This document shows, in pieces, positions 29,608 to 40,400 of a stretch of DNA of 64,000 nt; positions within the stretch are counted from its first letter, which is position 1; each line of letters starts with the position of its first letter. The stretch is from assembly GCA_964035545.1 (NCBI GenBank), contig OZ037772.1, forward strand, positions 2,790,001 to 2,854,000. Direction: 5' to 3'. This DNA is from Bugula neritina (lineage: Eukaryota; Animalia; Bryozoa). The position numbers and the translations under genes are program-made. The notes under the pieces are model-generated. The model ran no database searches. It was not told the origin of the DNA and saw only the letters and a program-made list of their open reading frames with translations.

Positions 29608-32600
29608 GTGAAAGTACAACCACATGGAGAGAGCTATTTCCTACCCGGAAAGGTGGCCGGCAACGCCGTCACTTTCCTGCTCGACTCCGGTTGTACTACC
29701 AACCTTCTCAGTCGTAGAGTCTTTGAGGCACTGCCCCGCCGGGACAGGGATAGAGTACGACCGTATACTGGGGAACATGGCACCCTGGCAGACGGGTCAT
29801 GTATTCCCTTTTATGGTATTATCGAGCTCCCTGGGCGTGTCCGAGACCAGGCTGTACAGGAGACCTTTGTCATAAGCCAACTGGAGGAAGACGCTATCCT
29901 CGGAATGCCCTTCTTGAAGCAACACCAGTGCCGAATAGACTTTAGCAAGTCGGTGGTGCTGATGGGCGGGCGAGAACTCGCCTGTGTGGATAAGTTTGGG
30001 CGTCCTCTGGTGAGCGGTGTTCAGGTAGTTCGAAACTGCACCGTGCCCGGACGCTCCAGAGCTACTATCCACTGCCGAGTGAACAGCAACCGGATAGCCA
30101 GGCTCGGGGTCGTTGAAGGCGCGCACGGAAGGATCCAACTCGCCAGTAGTTTAAACCGACTAACTGAGCGAGGGGAGGTCTTAGTGCAGTGTGTCAACCC
30201 CTTTACCGAGCCCATTGAGCTCCCAGCTGGGTCAATGCTGGGCCGGTTCCACTCCGTCCAGGAAGAGGACGTGGGCCCGTCGCTGGGTGACGCGACGGAG
30301 GCACCCCCTCGATACCCTATTCAGGGACGAGGGGCAGTCCCAACACATCTCCGGGAGTTATATGAAACAGCCTGTGGCGGCTGCGCGAGCAACAAGGAAC
30401 GCCAAGCTATGGCGAAGTTGCTACACGACTACGGTGATGTGTTCAGTAGCGGAGATCATGACGTGGGGCTGACTGGAGTTGTCAGACACGAAATACCGCT
30501 GAATGCAGGGACAGTCCCTGTCCGGCAGCCCACATGCAGGCTGGGGCCGGAAAAAGAGAAGGAGGTTAGCCGACAAGTACGGGATCTTCTGGACCGCGGC
30601 CTCATAGAGCCCGCCCATAGTGCGTGGAGCTCACCGGTCGTACTGGTCCGGAAGAAAGACGGCAGTTGGCGGTTCTGTGTGGATTACCGTAAACTCAATA
30701 ACGTAACCATACAGGACGCCTACCCTCTACCTCGTATTGACGAGTCCTTGGACGCCCTAGCCGGCAGCAAATACTTCAGTACATTAGACTTGCTGAGTGG
30801 CTATTGGCAAGTCCCTCTGAGTCCCGACGCCCAGGAGAAAGCGGCGTTTATCACCCGGGACGGGCTGTGGAAGTGGAAGGTGCTGCCCTTCGGGTTAACC
30901 TCCGCCCCAGCCACCTTCCAGAGGCTGATGGAACAAGTCCTTAGCGGACTCCATTGGAAGACACTGCTGGTCTACCTCGATGATGTCATCGTAATCTCTC
31001 CAGACTTCGAGACACATGTCAGTCGTCTGCAGGAGGTTTTCGAGAGACTCCGAGGTGCCGGTCTTAAGCTCAAACCTTCCAAGTGCGCTCTATTGCAGCC
31101 GGAGGTCAAATACCTGGGGCACGTTGTCGGTCGAAACGGCGTGGCAACGGATCCCGAAAAGGTACGGGCGGTAGAAAACTGGGTCACCCCCCAAGACTTG
31201 ACCGGACTCCGGGCTTTCTTGGGGCTGGTAGGGTATTACAGGCAATACATACCGGACTTTGCGGGCATAGCCCAGCCGTTAAACCGGCTCACCGCAAAGG
31301 GAGTGACGTGGCAGTGGACCCCAGTCGAACAAGGAGCGTTCGACCGCCTCAAGGGCTGCCTACTAACGGCGCCCATCTTGGCCTACCCAGACCCCACTCT
31401 GGAGTACATCCTCGACACGGACGCCAGTGACCAAAATGTTGGCGCTGTGCTGTCACAAGTGCAGGAAGGCCGAGAGGTAGTAGTAGCCTACTACAGCAAG
31501 TCTCTCTCACCCGCTGAACAAAATTACTGCACTACCCGCAAGGAGCTGCTGGCAGTAATCAAGTCAGTGAAGCACTTCAAACCATACCTATACGGCAGGA
31601 AGTTCCGGCTGCGTACGGATCATGCCTCGCTGATCTGGTTGTGCAAGAGAGCAGAGCCCTCTAGTCAGGTCGCCCGATGGCTCGAAATCCTAGCTGAATT
31701 CTCATACCGGATCGAACATCGACCGGGCAAGAGACACAGCAATGCGGATGGGTTGAGTCGCCGACCTGACGGAGGTTGCAAACAGTGTCTCAACATCGAG
31801 AGGAGGGATGGAGGTCCCCCGCGATGCGAGTTGGAGACGCTGGCTCACCACGGAGCACCGTTTGACTGGGACCAGGGTCAACTCAGGCAGGGAGTTGATG
31901 AGTCCCCGGAGGGTGTACAAAACCTCCGTGCCAACCCTGTATTGGCCGGTAATGTTCGAGAGCTGACGAAGCTCCAAGAAGAGCTGCCTGGAGTCGTGGC
32001 AGACATATATCGGGCCAAAAGGGAAGGGCGACGACCCAGCGAGGAACGCATACGACAGGGATGCGCCGAGTTCCGGCTATACTGTCAGCGTTGGGACTCG
32101 CTGCGGATCGGGCAGGATGGGTTACTAACCATCTCTCTAGCCGCCAGCGGCAGACACCCGGAGAGGAAGAGGGTAGTCTGTCCCACGGCCATCCGCCGTG
32201 AGTTGATTTGGGATACTCACAAACAGGCCCACGCAGGGGTCAAGATAGTGATATCTAAATTACGACTCCGGTGGTATTGGCCACAAATGGAGCGTGACGT
32301 CCGACTCAGAGTCAAACAGTGTGAAATCTGCCAGGCCAGTAAGCATGGCCGCCCCCCTGGTGAAGCAGGACGGCGGAGGCTATATGCTGGTAGGCCCTGG
32401 CAAGTAGTCGCTGTAGACCTGGTCGGACCCATGCCCCTGACCCCCAGAGGCAATAATTGGATCTTAGTACTAACCGACCACTTTACTAGGTGGGCGGATG
32501 CTCTGGCTATTCCAGATGCGTCAGCCCCAACAGTGGCCAGGGCACTAGACCAACATGTATTCTGTTATTTTGGGCTTCCCGAACAGATACACTCTGATCA

Positions 32601-33882
32601 AGGCGCTCAATTCCAGTCTCAACTGATGAGCGACCTTTGCCACCTCTGGGGAGTAAATCAGAGCCGGACCACCCCCTACCACCCTCAAGGTAATGGAGTG
32701 GTGGAGCGCAACAACCGGATGCTAGGTGATGCGCTCCGGAGTCTCCTCCTTGGACGAGGACAAGAGGAATGGGATACGGTGTTGCCGCAAGTCATGCGGG
32801 CATACCGTAGCACCCCACACACCAGTACTGGTAAGACCCCAAACCTCTTGATGCTCAGGAGAGAGACTCGTGTCCCTGACCATATCACCTACCACGTTCC
32901 AGAGCAAGACAACTCGGTTCACGAGTATGCCAGTGAACTAGTGGAACGGATGAAGGCCGCACACGATATACTGCGCGAACAGCAGTGGAAGGTGCGGCAC
33001 GAAGATTCCGATGAACCACCTCTCTACCAAACGGGAGATAAGGTGTGGATGGTCAATTACCGTAGGCGTCGCGGACAGGCTGATAAACTGAAGCCTAAGT
33101 TCGTAGGACCCTACGTGATCGTCGAGGCTATGCCCAATCATACGTACAAGATTGAGCACTCAGGACAGGTGTCTATCCAGAATGAGTCTTGCTTGAAACC
33201 GTATTGGGCTAGCCCCGACGGAGTGGGAGAAGCCCCCCCGTTGTTGGAGCCCAGGAGGCAGACAACAACGCGCGGGCGACGGCGGCATGGACCTGAATAC
33301 GAAGTGGTCATACCGCGGGAAAAAAACTTGGTGAGAGAGGAGCGGCAGCTTTTGTCAACAGAAGCGTGTCCGCCACCGCCAAGTCTAATTCCATCACTTC
33401 CAGAAACCGAGCCGGTTCCGGAAGTGCAAACCCCCACGGAGGGAGGGGCTCCATCCGGAGAACAAGAAGAGGTGACCGCTAACGGTGAAGTAGAGACGCC
33501 ATTAGAGGCCCCTACTAACGAACCGGCGAGCGTGTCACCCCCCCTAGAGCGGGGACAGCGTACGAGGAAACCCCCACCATATTTAAAAGACTTCGTATGT
33601 GACTGCATTAGAAGCGGCGCGCATGAAAGTCTAGGGGAAAACCGTACGATAAAATGTTGGAGTTGTGAACCCCACGCAAATATCAACTTTTGCGAGGGCG
33701 GAATAGTGGGAGGAATTAATGCGCGTAAAGCAAATAGTTCTGACCTCGTGCCTCAGAAACGATGCTCAGCCTTTTCTTACGCTGACATCGCCAAAGGCAG
33801 ACGTATCTCACAACCAGCTCCAATCTTACCAAGAACGTTGAGTATGGACATTAATACCGAGTTCCCAGGTAAGCCCGTATAA
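29608..33882 (+). CDS. Pol of element 2 (PR, RT, RNase H, IN; no ATG, reached by frameshift)
   Basis: LLDSGC, YLDD, DTDAS..ELLA, HKQAH..CEIC, HSDQG..GNGVVER, KFVGPY, RTRKPPPYLKDF. Confidence 0.93.
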   Translation: MKVQPHGESYFLPGKVAGNAVTFLLDSGCTTNLLSRRVFEALPRRDRDRVRPYTGEHGTLADGSCIPFYGIIELPGRVRDQAVQETFVISQLEEDAILGMPFLKQHQCRIDFSKSVVLMGGRELACVDKFGRPLVSGVQVVRNCTVPGRSRATIHCRVNSNRIARLGVVEGAHGRIQLASSLNRLTERGEVLVQCVNPFTEPIELPAGSMLGRFHSVQEEDVGPSLGDATEAPPRYPIQGRGAVPTHLRELYETACGGCASNKERQAMAKLLHDYGDVFSSGDHDVGLTGVVRHEIPLNAGTVPVRQPTCRLGPEKEKEVSRQVRDLLDRGLIEPAHSAWSSPVVLVRKKDGSWRFCVDYRKLNNVTIQDAYPLPRIDESLDALAGSKYFSTLDLLSGYWQVPLSPDAQEKAAFITRDGLWKWKVLPFGLTSAPATFQRLMEQVLSGLHWKTLLVYLDDVIVISPDFETHVSRLQEVFERLRGAGLKLKPSKCALLQPEVKYLGHVVGRNGVATDPEKVRAVENWVTPQDLTGLRAFLGLVGYYRQYIPDFAGIAQPLNRLTAKGVTWQWTPVEQGAFDRLKGCLLTAPILAYPDPTLEYILDTDASDQNVGAVLSQVQEGREVVVAYYSKSLSPAEQNYCTTRKELLAVIKSVKHFKPYLYGRKFRLRTDHASLIWLCKRAEPSSQVARWLEILAEFSYRIEHRPGKRHSNADGLSRRPDGGCKQCLNIERRDGGPPRCELETLAHHGAPFDWDQGQLRQGVDESPEGVQNLRANPVLAGNVRELTKLQEELPGVVADIYRAKREGRRPSEERIRQGCAEFRLYCQRWDSLRIGQDGLLTISLAASGRHPERKRVVCPTAIRRELIWDTHKQAHAGVKIVISKLRLRWYWPQMERDVRLRVKQCEICQASKHGRPPGEAGRRRLYAGRPWQVVAVDLVGPMPLTPRGNNWILVLTDHFTRWADALAIPDASAPTVARALDQHVFCYFGLPEQIHSDQGAQFQSQLMSDLCHLWGVNQSRTTPYHPQGNGVVERNNRMLGDALRSLLLGRGQEEWDTVLPQVMRAYRSTPHTSTGKTPNLLMLRRETRVPDHITYHVPEQDNSVHEYASELVERMKAAHDILREQQWKVRHEDSDEPPLYQTGDKVWMVNYRRRRGQADKLKPKFVGPYVIVEAMPNHTYKIEHSGQVSIQNESCLKPYWASPDGVGEAPPLLEPRRQTTTRGRRRHGPEYEVVIPREKNLVREERQLLSTEACPPPPSLIPSLPETEPVPEVQTPTEGGAPSGEQEEVTANGEVETPLEAPTNEPASVSPPLERGQRTRKPPPYLKDFVCDCIRSGAHESLGENRTIKCWSCEPHANINFCEGGIVGGINARKANSSDLVPQKRCSAFSYADIAKGRRISQPAPILPRTLSMDINTEFPGKPV

Positions 33883-33899
33883 GTCTTGTATTCCTATTC

Positions 33900-34973
33900 A
33901 TGGAAACGAGCTCGATGCCAGTAAATTCTGAACTAATTCAGCAGATTGAATCAGAATTACTGGGAACCACGTTTCATGTGAATGACGATGAGGACACTGT
34001 AATGGCCGACGGTCTGTTAGACCTGGAGCTAGACACTGTTCTTGGTCAGTCCACACATGATTCATCGGTTCCTCGAGTGCATTCCAAAAGCTGTGACTCT
34101 CAGGCTAGTAACAGTCGACAGTCACTAGAATTATGTTGTAAAGATCCACCGCGATCTAACAATAATTCTACTCTTGTAGACACACTCGCGCCCGTCTCTC
34201 CGGGCATGCCTTCTCTAGAGATGGCGTGGGACCCAGAGCCGGCCCCAACAACTTCTACAACCAGGCAACTGCCACCCCAGTTGGAAGCAACCTCCAACTG
34301 GATAACCCCTGCCACAGAGAGAGAGATTAGGACTCATCAAGGAGGTGATGGTAACCGCGAATGCAACCTCTGCCAGCAGCGATTTACAACCCACCGCAGG
34401 CTGAAAGTACACTTGCCGCAGCATTACATCACCACGTTCTGCCCCTGCGGAGAATATAGTTACAATCGTGATTACCTACTGCGTCATCAACGCACTATGC
34501 AGTGTTATCAAGGACACGTCTATGAAGTAGACGAATCATCCTATCCCGCATTTCTCAACGCCATCAAACCCCTCATCACTGACCCAGCTCGGCTATCTCG
34601 CCTGGAGCAAGGCTTTCCTTCCCCGCGACCCATCATCTCTGGAGCCGCAGATAAACCTATACAGTCAACTAACTCTCCACCTCACAGCCCTCTACGCCAC
34701 CCGCATACCTTTCCCCGTGTCGTACTACAGAGGGTAGACACGAAGGCGTATACACTCCCTCCTCCCCTTCCATCCTCAGAACGGAAAAGACACAGACAGC
34801 AGACTTCCTCTCGTTCGTCCCCCCTGGCCCGCAACCTACGTGAAGTAGAAGCTAGGGCACACGACCTAGAGCAAGAAGTGTACAGACTGGCCCTGCGGGT
34901 GCAGGCTGCATCCAGTGAACTCAAATATCTACAGGAGTCTATTAAACGCATGAAGCGTGCGGCCCGCAGTTAA
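33900..34973 (+). CDS. Retrotransposon ORF3: acidic N-terminus, two C2H2-type zinc fingers, basic patch, C-terminal coiled coil
   Basis: 357-aa open frame inside the element: CNLCQQRFTTHRRLKVHLPQH, CPCGEYSYNRDYLLRHQRTMQC, ERKRHR, LREVEARAHDLEQEVYRLALRVQAASSELKYLQESI. Confidence 0.8.
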   Translation: METSSMPVNSELIQQIESELLGTTFHVNDDEDTVMADGLLDLELDTVLGQSTHDSSVPRVHSKSCDSQASNSRQSLELCCKDPPRSNNNSTLVDTLAPVSPGMPSLEMAWDPEPAPTTSTTRQLPPQLEATSNWITPATEREIRTHQGGDGNRECNLCQQRFTTHRRLKVHLPQHYITTFCPCGEYSYNRDYLLRHQRTMQCYQGHVYEVDESSYPAFLNAIKPLITDPARLSRLEQGFPSPRPIISGAADKPIQSTNSPPHSPLRHPHTFPRVVLQRVDTKAYTLPPPLPSSERKRHRQQTSSRSSPLARNLREVEARAHDLEQEVYRLALRVQAASSELKYLQESIKRMKRAARS

Positions 34974-35238
34974 CATGAGTCTATCTCCAACTCCATACTA
35001 CTCTTTCCCTACCTCTCTGTGGCATTCCCTACCGTTATGGTGGCACGTACTCTACATGTAAATAGGACCTTCTCTTACATATTACACATTGTGCACGTTT
35101 TATATATACCTGTATATTTTATCGGTTGTTTTTTTGTATATACTTTTATACTGTTCTTTCTCTCCACAACGAAGTATACGTTTTTTTTATGTGAATTATA
35201 TTTTTATCAGAAAGAGGGCTTTCTGCTGGAGGGGGCAG

Positions 35239-35543
35239 TGTGGTGGCTCGTGGGGCTACCAGCAACACAATACGCAAGGTTGCGTATTGACCCGCCACAA
35301 TGTATTAGCCAATTAGCTAGGCTGTTTATGAGTAATAGTAGCAGCTTCGCGCTACTAGCTCAGTTGAGGATAGTGCTGTAAATTAAATAGACGTGCGTAT
35401 TATTACTGTTGTAAATTAGACTTTATTATGTATTCTTGTATTCAAATATAACGATATCTACTCGACTTAACTCGGTGAAGTTTCTCTAGTGATAAATAGA
35501 CTCTCTTGGTGGCACATCGACCCTAAATCTGAAAATCATAACA
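35239..35543 (+). repeat. 3' LTR of element 2
   Basis: TGTGGTGG...CATAACA followed by TSD ATAT. Confidence 0.95.
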
Positions 35544-36978
35544 ATATTACGGACGTCTTGGAGCACAAAACAGACGTCTTGGGGTACAACCAATTATTTA
35601 CATACAAAAATTTTATAAAACTCACCACAAATTTAATATAAAATTAGCATTACAACTTCTATCAACCAATCACGATATATCAAAATTAGTTGACCTAGCT
35701 TTGAGTTAGTTAAATTATATTGCCAGAATGATTTAACTTGCAAGTCCGATAAAAATCACCTTGACCTAGTCTCTATATTCACAATATTGTTATTCAGGGC
35801 CGTCAACCTGACGCAACGTGTACTGCTCGATGGCTCTAATAATATTTTTTACCACAATAATATTAATTATTATTAATAATCTCTTGAATTGTATACTCAT
35901 AATGATATGATTATGTCTATTTATTATTATATCCATATAATTACCATAATATCAATTATAATGATAATCATAATCATAATGATAAAATTAAATATAATCA
36001 TTAATGATAATGTCAATCACCAATGATAATCATAATCATAATGATTATTATTTATATTTATAAATTATTAATAATATTAATATTATAATTTAATGTTTAT
36101 ATTTTTGAGTTATACTTTAATAACAATATAACTATAATGATTGTCATATATCATTGAATTTGACATTTGATTTGTCATTTGATCAATTTTGACATCGATA
36201 AGTTGATAATAAATATTATTAACATAATGATAATTTTCTTGTTGGTGTATTTTAAATAATAAAATCCTAATAGTAATAGTTGTAGCAGAAGTATAAGTTT
36301 AAGTTAACGTCTAGGCACGTCTTGAGTTTGTGATGTAACTAAATCAATATCAAGTTCAAGTTGTGATACCCTCATGATTATGATTATAATGATCTTTGTA
36401 CTTTATAGAGCATGATTACTCGATATTTCTTACTCTTATTCTAAAACAAATGTTCATTTTCATACTTGTGTTGTTATTAAACTATATCAATAGCTAAAGG
36501 CCTGATTCTAGTTTTGAATGTTTAAAACGTACTTAACATACTGCACTTGCAGCTCTATTTTTTAAAATTCATCCTTTAGTTAATGATGCTATATTAATAG
36601 TAACTTCAGCTACTTAGTAAAAATTTGCATACCATGCACTAAATCAACTTCATTGCAACTTTGAGCAAAGTAAAGCTACATCTGTTAGACTAATACCTTG
36701 GTGATGTTTTTTGGCATGACATATCACTTTTTTTGCTAAGAAAGTTTCTACGGTCATGTAATTCCCAACTTGTAGAAGGCATGCAGTACTAACTTTTCTC
36801 TTTCATTTATTACAGGAATATTTGACACTATCTTCCTATTGCTTTCAATTTTTTGTATTCATATTTTTTTTGATTTGTAATTACGACTACACTACTGTTG
36901 ATAGGTTTGGATTTTCTCCCACATTTACAATGACAAAAATGGATTTGATTTTCACACGGAGTCTTATATGCTGTTTAG

Positions 36979-38104
36979 CTGTTTAGCTGTGAAGGAACTG
37001 TTAGCTGCGGCACGAAACCACTTGAGGAAATTCTCCTGGCAGATGCACACTCAGGGCAGATGGAAAATCGTCTCGAATCAAACAAGTCGTTGCGAAACGA
37101 CTTGAATTTTTCAAACAAGTGTGGTAACCAAACCTTGCACCTACTCGATGAAGTGTCCAATGGATCCATGTGGGCCTTCAAGGTGAGTTGGCTAATTTAT
37201 TTGATAATTATGTTTATTCATTTGATATCTAGTGAAGCTATTTGCAGTATGATTTGGTCGCCATGTTGCAACTTAGAGTAACTATAACTTTGAGATTGTA
37301 AGCTAAAATTTACACAATATGTTCATTAAAACTGTTCTCTGCTTGTCACCAATTGCAATATTAACTTTCTCTATAACCCTGGATTATATTAGCTCAGTAT
37401 ATTTTTTTAGGCTCAGTTCCTTAGAATATAGTGTTTTATGGTTAATTCAACTTAGCATGTTATGCACCGTCTGCTAATTTTTCGATATATGAGACATTTT
37501 TAGAGGTGTGAGCTATGATCAAAAAGTCAATCTTTTTTTTACTTTGCTCTCTGCCATTCTTTCTCCATATTCTACACTATTTTACCTTATTCTTGCACAC
37601 CATTTTTTACATTACATTACATTTTTATTTTTTACCTACTCTTACACCACATTCTACCTTATTTCACCTTATTCTTGCACCATATTCTACATTATTCTAC
37701 CTTATTCTTGCATCATTTTCTACATTATTCTACCTTATTCTTGCATCATATTCTACATGATTTCACCTTATTCTTGCACTATATTTTATATTATTTTACC
37801 TCATTCTTACACCATATTCTACCTTATTCTTACACCATATTCTACCTTATTCTTGCACCATATTCTACATTATTCTTACACCATATTCTACCTTATTTTT
37901 ACACCATATTCTATTCAAGTGTTGGATGCTTGGGAAAATCCACCGACCGGATTTTTCACTGGAATACTCAACTGGGCTGGTGACTACCAGGAGTGTGTTG
38001 CCATCAGATCTACCTACGGAGAGAATGATGACCCGGGTATGTTGCTCTATCAGGGGAGGTACTGCTCCAAGATACACCCTAGCATGGCGGCCAATGACGG
38101 ATAG
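36979..38104 (+). pseudogene. NRF-6-like (nose resistant to fluoxetine 6) N-terminal domain fragment; exons ~36979-37182 and 37920-38104
   Basis: SNKCGNQT...SMWAFK | VLDAWENPPTGFFTGILNWAGDYQEC...YQGRYC fits the NRF domain pattern. Splice phases mismatch and no acyltransferase exons follow. Confidence 0.75.
37565..37915. repeat. ~23-bp degenerate minisatellite in the NRF intron
   Basis: Unit ACCATATTCTACCTTATTCTTGC. Confidence 0.9.
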
Positions 38105-39719
38105 GTACTAAGTCTATTTTAAGGTCACATCAGGTTTCTAAATCCAATTGTAGCTACAAATTCCTTTTCAACTTTCAGTGTTTACAGGATGATTTGAGTT
38201 TTGGCAGCCTTCGCTGTCGGTATTTTAACCTTGATAAAAATTAGGTGGTGGAAAAATGAATAGCTCCAATATATGAGATGTTTTGTAGCTTCAATATATG
38301 AGATTTTTGTGTGTCATAAATATGAATGGTTAAATCTTACATCAGTAGACTGGATAGTTGATGCTGTCAGATTTTGAAACATAAATAAATAAGCCATGAT
38401 GGTATAAAGCTTATACTATACTAAAATTTATGTTAGGTTTTTAGTTGAGCTTCCAGGCTACGTTACATCCAGAGCTTTTGCAGACACGCTGCCTACAGCT
38501 CAGACACATGCAGACACTTGGCAATAGCTGCCAGTGAACTGATTCACTATTGAAATAATATTGATATATATCCGTGACCATATATGGTATGAACATATCT
38601 TATGACAAACTGCTTCTATGATGCATGTAGCTGTATGCGTTTTATGACTATATTATATAACAGCAATGTGAATAACAGTTGATGAATGTATGCATTTCTA
38701 TGACCATATATATAGCTGTATATTTCTTCATGACTGTATTTAGTAGTAAACTATCTCTATGATCATGATATAATTTCTATTGAGCAAACTTTCTATTACA
38801 CATCAGGTCTACTCTGACAGTAGCCTGTATACGTATTGATATCATTTACTGACTGAATGTTTTTCCTAACATCGCCCATAGCGTTTTTCGTGGCTCGAAC
38901 CTTTTATTTCGTGTTTACTAGGCAAACCCTCGAACCCCTAGACCATGTCTGCCACATGTTATTTATTTATGTGGGTGTCAGTGTGAAGTTCCGGTTTGTA
39001 GGAGAACCTGGTTAAATTGAACCACAGGGACCCAGTGGACGAGACGGAGAAAATGGAGCTCCTGGTTTACAGGTATTTCACAAACTACTCTGAAACTCAT
39101 ACTTTATTGTTCATTGTCTATGTATTCTCCACCATGTTTTTACTAGAAGTAAACTTTAATTCAGTAATAAGTTAAAATAAATTGTTGTTTCGCATTGTAC
39201 AGTTTATTATTGCCTGAATCTTGTAATATAAATATTGACTGGCTTGACAATACCAGTGCAGCGACATGATTGGCTTAACAATACCAGAGCAGGGATTTGA
39301 TTGGCTTGACAGTATCAGAGTAGTGATGTGATTGGCTACTCTGTTCTGTTCTGCAGGGCCATGCCTGCTTGTATTATGTGTTAATCTTGTTTTGCAGTGA
39401 ACAGAAAAGGAGAATGGGTCCCAAAAGACATCCGGAATCTTACAGAACTGATGGAGAGGAAGGGTTCACCCGATGTTGATGGCCTGCCTGGTATATCCGG
39501 CAATCCTGGAGATGCAGGAGAAAGGAGACCACCTTGTTTTGCAGGAGATACCGGAATTTTTGGAGAACCAGGTAATGTTTATGCTCAATTGAGTTCAATC
39601 TGTCAAGTTATGTTGGGATCTTTTTCGTTTTCGTTATTTTATGTTACGTGGAAAAAGGAAAAAACTCTGTCTCGGAGCATTTTTGTTTTTTCAGAGGGCT
39701 TTGGATTATTTGATTATGG

Positions 39720-39960
39720 TCTACACAGGGGTGTAGACAGACTAAACTACACAAGTCTGTAGAAAGACTAAAAAACACAAGGGTGTAAACAGACTAAACT
39801 ACACTGGGTTGTAGACAGACTAAGCTTGACAGGGGTGTAGACAGACTAAACTACACAGGGGTGCAGACAGACTAAACTACACAGGGGTGTAGACAGACTA
39901 AACTAGACAGGGGTGTAGACAGACTAAACTAGACAGGGGTGTAAACAGACTAGACTAACC
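39720..39960. repeat. 26-bp minisatellite
   Basis: Unit AGACAGACTAAACTACACAGGGGTGT. Confidence 0.9.
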
Positions 39961-40284
39961 AGTGGTCTAGATGGACTAAACCTACTACGAACTTACAACT
40001 ACCCTGCGTCATGACGTCTCTATTCTCTCCTATAATTTGACTTTTATTTAGCGAGCAGATTTCTAGTGGGCTATTCTATAGTGGCCAGTCACACTGATTA
40101 TTATAGCAACAGAGAAATCAAGTTGAAAACTAGTGATGCTATCAATGGGTGCTTACAGGTAGAGACAGAGTACCTGGACCTGTTGAGATCGGATATCAGG
40201 GTAAACAAGGAGATCAAGGTCCTGCAGCTAAGAATGAGGAGTTACTCACCCTTGTTTGTGTATTTCTATTCTTTTTAGGTATTC

Positions 40285-40400
40285 TATAATATGCTGGGGT
40301 TTCCCTCACAGCTATGCTATATGCTGGAATTCCCCTCACACTTATACTATATGCTGGGATTTCCCTCACACTTATGCTATATGCTGGAGTTCTCCTCACA
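40285..40400. repeat. 30-bp minisatellite (~4 copies)
   Basis: Unit TATATGCTGGAATTCCCCTCACACTTATAC. Confidence 0.85.

Larger units (their letters stand above)
28108..35543 (+). mobile_element. Full-length Ty3/Gypsy LTR retrotransposon with an extra zinc-finger/coiled-coil ORF
   Basis: 305-bp TG...CA LTRs (4 mismatches seen), 4-bp TSD ATAT, tRNA-Leu PBS, PPT GGAGGGGGCAG (35228-35238), gag + pol + ORF3. Confidence 0.97.

Noticed and set aside
33900-34973. env gene
   Set aside because: No signal peptide, fusion peptide or transmembrane helix; zinc-finger/coiled-coil composition instead.
29155-35381. Overlapping and antisense ORFs in element 2 (e.g. 33138-33686, 35019-35381)
   Set aside because: Shadow frames of GC-rich coding DNA or LTR read-through, with no motifs.
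37508-37919. Hydrophobic N-terminus of the 198-aa ORF
   Set aside because: Intronic minisatellite read in frame; only 37920 onward is NRF-like.
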